This document shows, in pieces, positions 36,554 to 45,196 of a stretch of DNA of 64,000 nt. This DNA is from Streptosporangiaceae bacterium (GTDB lineage Bacteria; Actinomycetota; Actinomycetes; Streptosporangiales; Streptosporangiaceae). A program made the translations under genes and the position numbers. The first letter of the stretch is position 1, and each line of letters starts with the position of its first letter. The notes under the pieces were generated by a model. That model was given only the letters and a program-made list of their open reading frames with translations. It was not told the DNA's origin and made no database searches. The stretch is from NCBI GenBank assembly GCA_036490755.1, contig DASXDJ010000134.1:46774-110773 (forward strand). Direction: 5' to 3'.

Positions 36554-36781
36554 TCAGTGCCAGTGTGTCCACAACCTAATAGCCAGGCCGCTGACCCCGA
36601 CTACGGTGATCCCGATGACTCCGCGAGGCCAGAATCTCGCCATCACCAGCAGGACCAAGACATAAGCTCTGCCATCGGCTGTCTCCGCGAATGCGTCCCG
36701 CATAGTCCGCCCAGTGACCGGCCTCGGACGACTGGGCCGCGTACGCCCTCTCCGGCTCGAGCCTCGTGGCATCAGAGACAC
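36554..36781 (-). CDS. Candidate small membrane protein (Arg-rich N-tail plus two hydrophobic helices)
   Basis: GTG lies 3 nt after the stop of the upstream gene (TAG-GCC-GTG). RGSSRRGRTRPSRPRP is followed by AYVLVLLVMARFW and VIGITVVGVSGLAIRLW. An alternative ATG is at 36703. No homolog recognised. Confidence 0.3.
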   Translation of the reverse strand: MSLMPRGSSRRGRTRPSRPRPVTGRTMRDAFAETADGRAYVLVLLVMARFWPRGVIGITVVGVSGLAIRLWTHWH

Positions 36782-36784
36782 GGC

Positions 36785-37315
36785 CTAATCCGGGGCCGAG
36801 TACGGAACGTATTCGCGGGCCAGAAGCTCGTGCATATCGTCATCGGAGAGCCGATCGAACTCTTGATCCGTCAGCCGTTCACCCAGCCAGACGTACTGGT
36901 CCGCAGTGATGCCAAGTTGTGACGCCTCCGACCACGCGTCCCTTGTCGCATCCTCGTCTTGGTACACGACGTCGTGACCGCTGATCAGCTCCTCGAAGAG
37001 CTCTATGTCCTCGACGCGCTCTCGCAGCCAGTCGTACACCAGCTCATCCCGCTGGTCCGGATCGGCGTTCACATAACGCTGAAGTTCCTCGGCATCCAAC
37101 TCCAGGTGTGCTGTATGGAAGAGGCACAGCCTCACCGTGGACGGCTTGGGGCCATCCACGAATCTGGCCGAGATGCGCGGGAGTACCCGGAGGTTTGACG
37201 GAAGCACCTCGGAACGCGCCGCGTCCAGAAGCGCTCGGTAAGCGGTGGTGTACTTCTCGCCTGTAGCTTCCATACGCCGACGGACTAGCTGCTTGAACTC
37301 ACTGCTGTCGGTCAC
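36785..37315 (-). CDS. Acidic hypothetical protein (176 aa)
   Basis: GTG 37315 is preceded by GAGGGGA. The N-terminal motif RRRMEATGEKYTTAYRAL is of the kind found at the start of many actinobacterial orphan proteins. The body is Asp/Glu-rich. G+C is lower than in the flanks. Confidence 0.55.
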   Translation of the reverse strand: MTDSSEFKQLVRRRMEATGEKYTTAYRALLDAARSEVLPSNLRVLPRISARFVDGPKPSTVRLCLFHTAHLELDAEELQRYVNADPDQRDELVYDWLRERVEDIELFEELISGHDVVYQDEDATRDAWSEASQLGITADQYVWLGERLTDQEFDRLSDDDMHELLAREYVPYSAPD

Positions 37316-37673
37316 CTAACTGTCCCCTCAGACCGGCGATACCGGCCCGCGCACGGATGTCACCGAAGACAGCAACAGTTAGCGACCTGGATAATCCGAG
37401 CATTAGCGCGAGCACTAGGCCCTTATCCTTCGAAACCAGCACGGCGCGGGCGGTGCTGACTCGGAGCGCGGCATGCGCTGCTGCCGTGCCGACAGACTAC
37501 CGCACTCAGCTGGTAACTGGTCGGTCGCCTTACACCATCCAGGATCCACTTTCGCACTGCGCTGCGCGGGAATGACCTCGCGCGATCTCGAATGGTGCGG
37601 GATCACGCAGCGCCGGGCGCGATAGCTGCGCCGGCGGTTGCGAGAGTGCCGGGCGACGCCTGTCCTCGGGCGG

Positions 37674-38042
37674 CTATTGCCGGGTCAGGAAGAAGACGTG
37701 GCCAGCTTGGACCCGATCGGGCTCGTCAAGCAGAGCGGCGAGTGCACTGGCAATGGCCGCGGTGTAGGTGCGGTCCTGGGCGACGGTCTTAGTGGAGACC
37801 AGGATGAGGCCAGCATGGGTTCGTCCGGCGGCGCGGTACTGAGCGTCCAGGGGCATGAAGTCTTTGATGTTGGCGGTCACCAGTGCGCGCCCGGCGGCCG
37901 TTGCGCGGGCGAAGATCTGATCGTCAGGGAGAGAGATGAGGGCCGGATCGTCTGCCACTGCGAGTACGTCGTGTCCCTTGGCGCGCAGGTGCTCAGCAAT
38001 GGTTCCGGAGAGCATCTCGTCCAGGAGCAGCGGGCAGCTCAT
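37674..38042 (-). CDS. DUF5615-family PIN-like (Mut7-C-like) protein
   Basis: LLLDEMLS..IAEHLRAKGHDV......DDQIF..A.AAGRALVTANIKDF is the typical DUF5615 pattern. It is paired with an upstream DUF433-like gene. Confidence 0.7.
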   Translation of the reverse strand: MSCPLLLDEMLSGTIAEHLRAKGHDVLAVADDPALISLPDDQIFARATAAGRALVTANIKDFMPLDAQYRAAGRTHAGLILVSTKTVAQDRTYTAAIASALAALLDEPDRVQAGHVFFLTRQ

Positions 38043-38046
38043 GGCG

Positions 38047-38493
38047 CTAGCCGGCGAGGAGCTGGCGTTCGCGCTGCCAGGCGTCCTCAGCCGCTGCCTC
38101 GGCGGTGCTCGCGGCAGCGATCTCCGCGTCGATCTCGTCGGGGTAGGACGCCCAGTAGATGATGGCGACGCGGATCAGGCGCAGCGGGGCGCCCGTGTTG
38201 GCGGCGATGAGCGCGATTAGATCGTTCTCGGACAGGTCAGGCTCAGCGCCCCGGGCAGATCTGACAGCGCGGACCACCTCCCACACATCGGGTCCGCCGG
38301 CAATGCCAGCTCTCCGGCCAGTAGGCCCAGGCCGGAACGTGATTCCGGGGTGCTCACTGATGCGCAGGGCTTCGTCGACCAGCCGGTTCGCAGCCGAGGA
38401 CAGCGACATGCCCGGATTTGCTGCGACGAAGGCGGCCAGCCGGTCGGCGACGGGACCGTCGAATCGGACCGGAGTGGCCGTGCGCTTGCTCAT
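38047..38493 (-). CDS. DUF433-like putative antitoxin/DNA-binding partner
   Basis: HPGITFRPGPTGRRAGIAGGPDVWEVV resembles the DUF433 core. A 4-nt gap separates it from the DUF5615 gene, and a palindrome GACTACatcGTAGTC abuts its start. Confidence 0.6.
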   Translation of the reverse strand: MSKRTATPVRFDGPVADRLAAFVAANPGMSLSSAANRLVDEALRISEHPGITFRPGPTGRRAGIAGGPDVWEVVRAVRSARGAEPDLSENDLIALIAANTGAPLRLIRVAIIYWASYPDEIDAEIAAASTAEAAAEDAWQRERQLLAG

Positions 38494-38540
38494 GACTACA
38501 TCGTAGTCGATTCAACTCATTGAGGCAATCGGCCAGAGCC

Positions 38541-38585
38541 GCCGTGTCAGGGGCCGTGTCAGGGCCGTGACAGGGCGGTGTCTGG
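38541..38585. repeat. Four tandem 10-12-bp repeats upstream of the DrrA-like gene
   Basis: GCCGTGTCAGGG, GCCGTGTCAGGG, CCGTGACAGGG, CGGTGTCTGG, ending 21 nt before the start at 38607. Confidence 0.6.
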
Positions 38586-38606
38586 CGGGCCGCCGATGGT
38601 GGTCGC

Positions 38607-39551
38607 ATGAGAAGTTCAGCGATTGCAGTCTCAGGACTGCGCAAGACATTCGGGGACAAGATCGTTCTGGACGGCATCGATCTCGATGTCCGTGCGGGCA
38701 CGGTCTTCTCCCTGCTCGGCCCGAATGGCGCGGGCAAGACGACGGCGGTGAACGTGCTGAGCACGCTGATGAAGGCCGACGCCGGGACGGTCCTGGTGGC
38801 CGGGCACGACGTCGCGACCGAGACCAAGGCGGTGCGCGCGTCCATCGGGGTCACCGGCCAGTTCGCCGCGGTGGACGAGCTGCTGACGGGCCAGGAGAAC
38901 CTGCAGCTGATGGCGGACCTCAAGCACCTGGGCTCGGCCGAGGCCAGCGGGCTGGTCACGGACCTGCTGGGACGGTTCGACCTGACCGAGTCGGCAGCGA
39001 AGCTGGTGTCGACCTATTCCGGCGGGATGCGCCGGAAGCTGGACCTGGCGATGACCCTGGTCGGCAGGCCCCGGATCATCTTCCTGGACGAGCCGACGAC
39101 GGGACTGGACCCGCGCAGCCGACGCACCATGTGGGGCATCGTCCGGGAGCTGGTGGCCGATGGCGTCACCATCTTCCTCACCACCCAGTACCTCGACGAG
39201 GCCGATCACCTGGCCGACCGGATCGCGGTGCTCGACCAGGGCCGCCTGGTGGCCCAGGGGACTCCCGGCGAGCTCAAGCGCCGGGCCCCCGGCAGTCACG
39301 TCCGGCTCCGGTTCACCGACATCGCCGACCTCGACGCGGCGGCGCGGCTCCTGCCCGGCTCCGCCCGCGATGACGATGACCTGACCTTGCGGGTGCCCAG
39401 CGACGGCGGGACGAAATCGCTGCGGGGCCTGCTGGCCCGGCTCGACGAGCAGTCCATCGAAGCCGAGGAATTCTCCGTGCACACCCCGGACCTCGACGAC
39501 GTGTTCCTGGCCCTGACCGGCCGCGCAAGCACCGAGGAGAACCCGCGATGA
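38607..39551 (+). CDS. ABC transporter ATP-binding protein (DrrA-like)
   Basis: GPNGAGKTT, YSGGMRRKLDLA, IFLDEPTTGLDP, and a DrrA-type C-terminal domain. Confidence 0.85.
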   Translation: MRSSAIAVSGLRKTFGDKIVLDGIDLDVRAGTVFSLLGPNGAGKTTAVNVLSTLMKADAGTVLVAGHDVATETKAVRASIGVTGQFAAVDELLTGQENLQLMADLKHLGSAEASGLVTDLLGRFDLTESAAKLVSTYSGGMRRKLDLAMTLVGRPRIIFLDEPTTGLDPRSRRTMWGIVRELVADGVTIFLTTQYLDEADHLADRIAVLDQGRLVAQGTPGELKRRAPGSHVRLRFTDIADLDAAARLLPGSARDDDDLTLRVPSDGGTKSLRGLLARLDEQSIEAEEFSVHTPDLDDVFLALTGRASTEENPR

Positions 39552-40291
39552 GTACCGATTCGGCGGTCATGCTGCGCCGCAACTTCAAGCACACCCTCCG
39601 CAATCCGACCGCGGTGTTCAACGCGGTCCTGCTCCCGATCGTGATCGCGCTGATGTTCGTCTACGTGCTCGGCGGTGCCTTCAAGGTCGGCGTCAAGTAC
39701 ATCGACTACGCGACGCCGGGCCTGATCATCATGGCCATCAGCTACGGGCTGAGCGCGACCGCGCTGGCCGTGAACACCGACATGACCAAGGGCATCATCA
39801 GCCGGTTCAAGGTCATGGACATCTCCCGTGGTGCCGTGCTGACCGGTCACGTCATCGCCAGCATGCTGACCAGCCTGGTCGCTGTCGCGGCCATCATCGG
39901 GGTGGCTTTCCTGATCGGATTCCGCTCCCCGGCGGGCGCCCTGGACTGGCTCGGCGCGATCGGCGTCATCGCGCTGGTGTGCTTCGCGGCCACCTGGCTG
40001 ACGGTGGCGCTGGGGCTGTTCGCGAAAACCGCGGAATCGGCGGGTCTGGCCACCGTGCCGCTGATCATGCTGCCGTTCCTGAGCAGCGCGTTCGTGCCCG
40101 CCGACACGATGGGCCCGGGCGTGCGGCAGTTCGCGGAGTACCAGCCATTCACGCCCATCATCGAGACGGTTCGCGGACTGCTGACCGGTCACCCCGCAGC
40201 CGGCCACTCGATGGCCGCGATCGCCTGGTGCGTCGGGATCGCCCTCGTCGGATACCTGTGGGCGCTCGCCACCTTCCGGAAGCGGGCCTGA
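39548..40291 (+). CDS. ABC-2 permease (DrrB-like)
   Basis: ATGA overlap with the ATPase gene. Six TM segments, with the MLRRNFKHTLRNP N-terminus typical of DrrB-like permeases. Confidence 0.8.
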   Translation: MSTDSAVMLRRNFKHTLRNPTAVFNAVLLPIVIALMFVYVLGGAFKVGVKYIDYATPGLIIMAISYGLSATALAVNTDMTKGIISRFKVMDISRGAVLTGHVIASMLTSLVAVAAIIGVAFLIGFRSPAGALDWLGAIGVIALVCFAATWLTVALGLFAKTAESAGLATVPLIMLPFLSSAFVPADTMGPGVRQFAEYQPFTPIIETVRGLLTGHPAAGHSMAAIAWCVGIALVGYLWALATFRKRA

Positions 40292-40325
40292 CCGCGCAGC
40301 GCCGACCACAGAAGAGGAGAGGGAC

Positions 40326-41108
40326 ATGCCCGCATTCACTACGCCAGGGCCCGTCATCGCCAGCGTCACCGTCGGCGGGGCCCGGGTGCGGATAACCGCG
40401 AGCGACCGGACTGACACCGTGGTGCTGGTCGAGCCGATCAACCAGGCGAGCCAGTCAGACGTGAAGGTGGCCAGCAAGACCAAGGTCGACTTCGCCAGCG
40501 GTCAGCTCACGGTCAAGACCACCAAGTCGGGCGACAAGGATGGCTCGGTTGCCATCACCATCGACCTGCCCGCCGGCTCCGGCCTGGTCGCGTACCTGGC
40601 GCACTCGAGCGTGCACGCAGCGGGCTCGCTGGGCGAGTGCGAGCTGCACCTGGCAGCGGGCCGGGTCCAGCTCGACCGGATCGCCGGACTGCAGGCGAAC
40701 ATCTCGGGCGGCGATGTCGCGGTCGGGCGCATCGCCGGGCGCGCCAGCATCCAGAGCAGGGCCGGGCAGGTCCGGATCGGAACTGCCGCGGCCGACCTCG
40801 AGCTGAGCGGGGCCGGCGGCAGCGTCGATATCGACCGCGCCGACGGCAGCGTCACGGTCACGGCAGCCGACAGCCCCATCCGGATCGGCCGGCTGACCCG
40901 CGGCCAGGCGAAGCTGATGAACGCCTCGGGAAACATCGACATCGGCATCGGCGAGAGCACCGCCGCCTCGGTGGAGGCCACCAGCGAGCGGGGCTCGGTG
41001 CGCAACTCCGTCCCGTCGCCGGACGACCCCGCCGCGTTCGACGACAAGCTGGCGGTCCACGCCCGCACGCGGCACGGCGACATCATCATTCACCGCGCAG
41101 CCAGCTGA
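40326..41108 (+). CDS. DUF4097-family beta-strand repeat protein
   Basis: Repetitive V.I....G.V.V / SGDI.I beta-helix-like pattern (GGDVAVGRIAGRASIQS, GSVDIDRADGSVTVTA, GNIDIGIG). Confidence 0.7.
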   Translation: MPAFTTPGPVIASVTVGGARVRITASDRTDTVVLVEPINQASQSDVKVASKTKVDFASGQLTVKTTKSGDKDGSVAITIDLPAGSGLVAYLAHSSVHAAGSLGECELHLAAGRVQLDRIAGLQANISGGDVAVGRIAGRASIQSRAGQVRIGTAAADLELSGAGGSVDIDRADGSVTVTAADSPIRIGRLTRGQAKLMNASGNIDIGIGESTAASVEATSERGSVRNSVPSPDDPAAFDDKLAVHARTRHGDIIIHRAAS

Positions 41109-41109
41109 T

Positions 41110-41150
41110 CCCGGGCGCGATGACGCCGCCGTGGCGTCATCGCGCCCGGG
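41110..41150. terminator. Bidirectional hairpin between convergent genes
   Basis: CCCGGGCGCGATGACGCC-gccgt-GGCGTCATCGCGCCCGGG forms a perfect 18-bp stem between the DUF4097 gene (+) and the SARP gene (-). Confidence 0.55.
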
Positions 41151-41183
41151 GCCCTCGCCGGGCGGGCGCGGCTCCGGCCGCGC

Positions 41184-44100
41184 TCAGCCGGCGAGCGCGG
41201 ACTCGACGAGCTCCGGCCAGCTCGCCCGGTTGCCCTCCCGCGTCGCGTCGGCGAACCGTTCATCGCCGAGCTGAAGCCGCGCGGCCTGCGCGATCCGGGC
41301 CACGTCCGGATGGGAGCGGTCCGTCAGCCCGCGCACGGCGGCGCTGGCCGCGAGCAGCCGCGCGGCCGGGCCGGGCTGGTCGCGGCGCAGCGCCAGGTCC
41401 GCGACCCCGACCAGGACCTGCGCGACCAGGGGCGCGTGTCCCGCCTCGGCCGCCGCCTGGCAGGCGGCCGCGCGGTGCTCGCGGGCCTCGCTGAGACCGC
41501 CGGCCAGATAGCCGAGCAGATCGTGCATCGCCGCCCGGGCGCCGGCCTGCTCCGCCTCGTCGCCCAGGATGGCGGCCGCTACGCCGACCTGCTGGCCCGC
41601 CTCCCCGGCGTTGCCGCGCCAGCGAGCGAGCTCGGCCTTCGACAGCGCCAGCTTCGCCAGCGCGTCCGGCCAGGTGACCCGCTCCGCGTGCCGCTGCGCC
41701 TCGGCGAGGGCGGCCGCGCTGGCGTCGGCATCCCCGAGCAGCCAGTGCAGCTGCGCCTGCCGCGAGCGCATCTGGATGACATCGTCGACGGAGCCGACTT
41801 CGGTGACGACCGCGATCGCCTGGTCATACAGCTCGCACGCCCCGGCGAACTCGCCGCGGACGGCGATCCGGTCCGCCAGCTCGCTCAGGGCGATCGAGAT
41901 CCCGAACCGCTCGCCGAGGGCCCGGAACTCGGCGACCGCCATCTCGAGGTAGGCGTCGGCGTCCCGCCCGCCCTGACCGAGCACGATCCGCATCTTGCCC
42001 TGCTGCAGCCGGGTCAGCGCGCGGACCCAGGGGTCCGCGCTGTCCAGCAGCGACTCCCAGGCGGGCAGGAAATCACCCGGCGCCTGCAGCATGCGCTCCA
42101 GCGGGGCGACGAACTCCAGCCGCGGGTCACGGGACTGGGTGCGCTGGCTGAACCGGTAGGCCCGGTGGATCCACTCCGCCGCCGTGTGCTCGTCGCCCAG
42201 CCCGGAGCCCGCGAAATGCACGACCAGCGCGTAGACCAGGGCCCGGGCGTCATCGCTCACCACACCGGGCGTGGCGGCCGCCGCCTTGAGCAGCTCGATG
42301 CCCTCGGCCTTGTGCCCGCCGAGCCACCAGTACCAGCCGGCACCCGCCGCGAGCTGCATCGCCGCCTGTGCCTCGCCGGCGGCCAGCGCGCCGCGCATGG
42401 CCGCGCCGATGTTGTCGTGCTCGGCCTCGAGCGCGGCCAGCCAGTCCAGCTGCTCGGCGCGGCGCAGATGCGGATCCGCGGTCTCGGTGAGCTCGGTGAA
42501 GTAGGCCAGGTGCGCGCGGCGCGCCAGGTCTGACTCGCCCGCTTCCGCGAGCCGCTGCCCGGCGTACTCCCGGATCGTGCCGGTCATCCGGTAGCGCGGG
42601 GTGCTGCCGCCCCCGGTGCGCAGCAGCGACTTCTCGGCCAGTGCCGTCAGCAGCTCAAGCACCTGCTCCTGCTCGGCCGCATCGCCGGCGCAGACCCGCT
42701 CCGCCGCCTGCAGGCTCGCCCCGCCGGAGAACACCGAGAGCCGGCGCAGGACCACCCGCTCGGCGTCGGTGAGCAGTTCCCAGCTCCAGTCGATCACGGC
42801 GCGCAGCGTCCGGTGCCGCGGCAGCGCGGTCCGGCTGCCGCCGGTCAGCAGGCGGAACCGGTCGTCGAGCCGGTGCGCGAGCTGGTCGACGGACATGGTC
42901 CGCAGCCGGGCCGCGGCCAGCTCGATCGCCAGCGGCATCCCGTCCAGCGCCCGGCACACGCGCGCCATCGTCGACAGCGTGCGCGCGTCGGGTGCCAGGT
43001 CCTGGCGCACCGCGCCAGCCCGGTCCCGCAGCAGCCGGACGGCCGGAGCAGACTCGATCTCGCCGGGGCTGGCGTCGCCCTGCGGCAGGGCCAGCGGCTC
43101 GACCAGCCAGAGCGCCTCACCGGTAATCCCGAGCGGCTCCCTGCTCGTCGCCAGGATCCGCAGCCGCCGGCACTCCCCGAGCACCCGGTGGGCGAAGGCC
43201 GCCGCCTGCTCGATCACGTGCTCGCAGTTGTCCAGGATCAGCAGCGCCTCCCGGTCGCGGATGGCGGCGATGAGGCGGGCCGCCGGGTCGGCGTTCAGTG
43301 CCTCGCCGAGCAGGGCATCGCGGAGGCCGAGTGCGGCGAGGGCCGACTGGGCCACATCGCCGTCCGGGCCGATGGCGGCGAGCTCGACCAGCCAGGCCCC
43401 GTCCGGCAGGTCGCTGAGCAGAGTGTGCGCAGCTTCCGTGGCCAGCCTGGTCTTGCCTGAGCCGCCCGGCCCGATCAGGCTGGTCAGCCGGTGCTCGGCG
43501 ATCAGCTCGCGGACCGCGGCGACATCGGCGTCCCGGCCGACGAAGCTGGTGAGCTCGGCCCGGACGTTGGTCTTCCGGGACTCTTCCTGCCGGCCCAGCT
43601 CACCGCGCAGCAGCGCGACGTGCAGCGCGGCCAGCTCCGGTGCGGGATCGACGCCCAGCGCGTCGGCCAGGGCCTCTCTGGTGCGCTGGTACGCCAGCAG
43701 CGCGTCGGCGCTGCGGCCGGCCGCGACCAGGGCCTGCATCAGCGCGGCGACCAGCCGTTCCCGGACCGGATGCGCGGCCACCAGGTCGGTCAGCTCGGCG
43801 ACCAGGCCCGCGCCGTTGCCGAGGCTGATCTCGGCATCGAACCGGTCCTCCAGGGCCGCCAGCCGGCGCTCCTCCAGCCGGGTGACGGCCGCGTCGAACG
43901 CCGCGCTGTCCTGCATATCGACGTCCTGCATGGCCGCGCCGCGCCACAAGGCCAGGCCCTCGCGCAGCAGGCGCAGCCGCTCCAGGCCCTGCTCATAACG
44001 AGCCTGTCCGACGAGATGCTCGAACCGGACGGCGTCCACGGCGTCCGGGTCCACCGTCAGCCGGTAGCCGCCCGGCAGCCCCTCGACCAGCCCGTCCGGC

Positions 44101-44321
44101 AGCACTTTCCGCAGCCGGGAGGCCAGCCGCTGCAAGGCATTGGCCGCGTCGGCAGGCGGGTGCTCACCCCAGATCCAGTCGACCAGCGTGGCCTTGGGGA
44201 CGAGGTGCCCTGACTTGAGGGCGAGGGCGATCAGCAGCGCGCGCAGCCGGTCGCCCGGCACGTCGGCCACGACGCCGTCGTCCGCGCGCACCTCGAATGA
44301 GCCGAGCATCCTGATCTGCAC
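41184..44321 (-). CDS. AfsR-like SARP regulator (OmpR-type wHTH + BTAD + NB-ARC P-loop + TPR)
   Basis: VQIRMLGSFEV..., the BTAD region (LALWRG.A..D...), the P-loop GPGGSGKTRLA and a long TPR-like tail. GTG 44321 is chosen as the start. Confidence 0.8.
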   Translation of the reverse strand: MQIRMLGSFEVRADDGVVADVPGDRLRALLIALALKSGHLVPKATLVDWIWGEHPPADAANALQRLASRLRKVLPDGLVEGLPGGYRLTVDPDAVDAVRFEHLVGQARYEQGLERLRLLREGLALWRGAAMQDVDMQDSAAFDAAVTRLEERRLAALEDRFDAEISLGNGAGLVAELTDLVAAHPVRERLVAALMQALVAAGRSADALLAYQRTREALADALGVDPAPELAALHVALLRGELGRQEESRKTNVRAELTSFVGRDADVAAVRELIAEHRLTSLIGPGGSGKTRLATEAAHTLLSDLPDGAWLVELAAIGPDGDVAQSALAALGLRDALLGEALNADPAARLIAAIRDREALLILDNCEHVIEQAAAFAHRVLGECRRLRILATSREPLGITGEALWLVEPLALPQGDASPGEIESAPAVRLLRDRAGAVRQDLAPDARTLSTMARVCRALDGMPLAIELAAARLRTMSVDQLAHRLDDRFRLLTGGSRTALPRHRTLRAVIDWSWELLTDAERVVLRRLSVFSGGASLQAAERVCAGDAAEQEQVLELLTALAEKSLLRTGGGSTPRYRMTGTIREYAGQRLAEAGESDLARRAHLAYFTELTETADPHLRRAEQLDWLAALEAEHDNIGAAMRGALAAGEAQAAMQLAAGAGWYWWLGGHKAEGIELLKAAAATPGVVSDDARALVYALVVHFAGSGLGDEHTAAEWIHRAYRFSQRTQSRDPRLEFVAPLERMLQAPGDFLPAWESLLDSADPWVRALTRLQQGKMRIVLGQGGRDADAYLEMAVAEFRALGERFGISIALSELADRIAVRGEFAGACELYDQAIAVVTEVGSVDDVIQMRSRQAQLHWLLGDADASAAALAEAQRHAERVTWPDALAKLALSKAELARWRGNAGEAGQQVGVAAAILGDEAEQAGARAAMHDLLGYLAGGLSEAREHRAAACQAAAEAGHAPLVAQVLVGVADLALRRDQPGPAARLLAASAAVRGLTDRSHPDVARIAQAARLQLGDERFADATREGNRASWPELVESALAG

Positions 44322-44375
44322 CCAGCTGATTTTGCCATGGGCGGCGAGCAGGCATCCCGCCGCCGACGGCCGGGC

Positions 44376-44406
44376 TTGACCCTGACGTAGCGTCAGGGTG
44401 TTCAGT
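44376..44406 (+). promoter_or_regulatory. MerR-type promoter with 19-bp spacer and internal dyad
   Basis: TTGACC-N19-TTCAGT. The spacer contains the dyad ACCCTGACG-tag-CGTCAGGGT (44379-44399). The ATG at 44414 lies 7 nt after the -10, so the mRNA may be leaderless. Confidence 0.5.
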
Positions 44407-44413
44407 AGGCGGC

Positions 44414-45196
44414 ATGACCACCTCCGAGCCCGGCTCACCACCCGCCTCGCGGAGCCGGGGGCTGTCGATCGGCGAGATCGCGCGGCTGGCCGGGGTAACC
44501 TCCCGCGCGGTCCGGCACTACCACGCGACCGGGCTGCTGCCCGAGCCCGCCCGCGACAGCTCCGGGTACCGCCGCTACCAGGCCGCCGACCTTGTCACGC
44601 TGGTCCGTATCGCGCGGCTGCGGGCCCTGGGGATGCCTGTCCCGCAGATCGCCGGGCGCATCACCGCGCCCGGCCAGGCTGGCCTGGCGGCGGACCTGCG
44701 GGCGCTGGCAGGCGAGCTGCAGGCCGAGATTGAGCGGCTCAGCGCGCTGCGGGCCCGGCTGCTCGATGCCGCCCGCCAGCAGGCCCTCGATGACCCGGCC
44801 CGGACACTTGCCGCGGCCCTGCGTGAGTTCGGGAGGCTGGAGGCCGGCCGCGACCTGGCGCCGCCCGAGGCGCAGGCGGCCGCCCTGGTCGACGCGCTGC
44901 ATCCGCTCGGCATCGCCGGCGCGCTCGACGCGGCCGGGAGCCTGCTGACCGACCCCGGCCGCCGGGCCGCGCTGGACGGCCTGCTGCAGCGTTACCGGGC
45001 CCTCACCGACGACAGCCCCGACGGCGACGCCGACGCCCTGGCGCGCGATGTGGCGGCGATCCTGCCGCGCCCGGAGGTGGCACCCCGGCCCGTCCCCGTC
45101 GAGGCGATGGACAAGCTGCTCGGCGGCCGGCTCAGCCGCGCGCAGCGGCGCTTCCTGCACCAGCTGCGGGCGACCCAGGAGAGCGGTCATGACTGA
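44414..45196 (+). CDS. MerR-family transcriptional regulator
   Basis: LSIGEIARLAGVTSRAVRHYHATGLLPEP.RDSSGYRRY...LVRIARLRALGMPV is the canonical MerR HTH. No metal-binding Cys triad is evident in the C-terminus. Confidence 0.85.
   Translation: MTTSEPGSPPASRSRGLSIGEIARLAGVTSRAVRHYHATGLLPEPARDSSGYRRYQAADLVTLVRIARLRALGMPVPQIAGRITAPGQAGLAADLRALAGELQAEIERLSALRARLLDAARQQALDDPARTLAAALREFGRLEAGRDLAPPEAQAAALVDALHPLGIAGALDAAGSLLTDPGRRAALDGLLQRYRALTDDSPDGDADALARDVAAILPRPEVAPRPVPVEAMDKLLGGRLSRAQRRFLHQLRATQESGHD

Noticed and set aside
37316-37673. Small ORFs in the islet gap (37357..37575 +, 37415..37606 -, and a minus-strand stretch ...LVLALMLGLSRSLTVAVFG... overlapping the 176-aa gene start)
   Set aside because: They show weak codon bias and have no start/RBS support. 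They may be a decayed remnant, but this cannot be supported.
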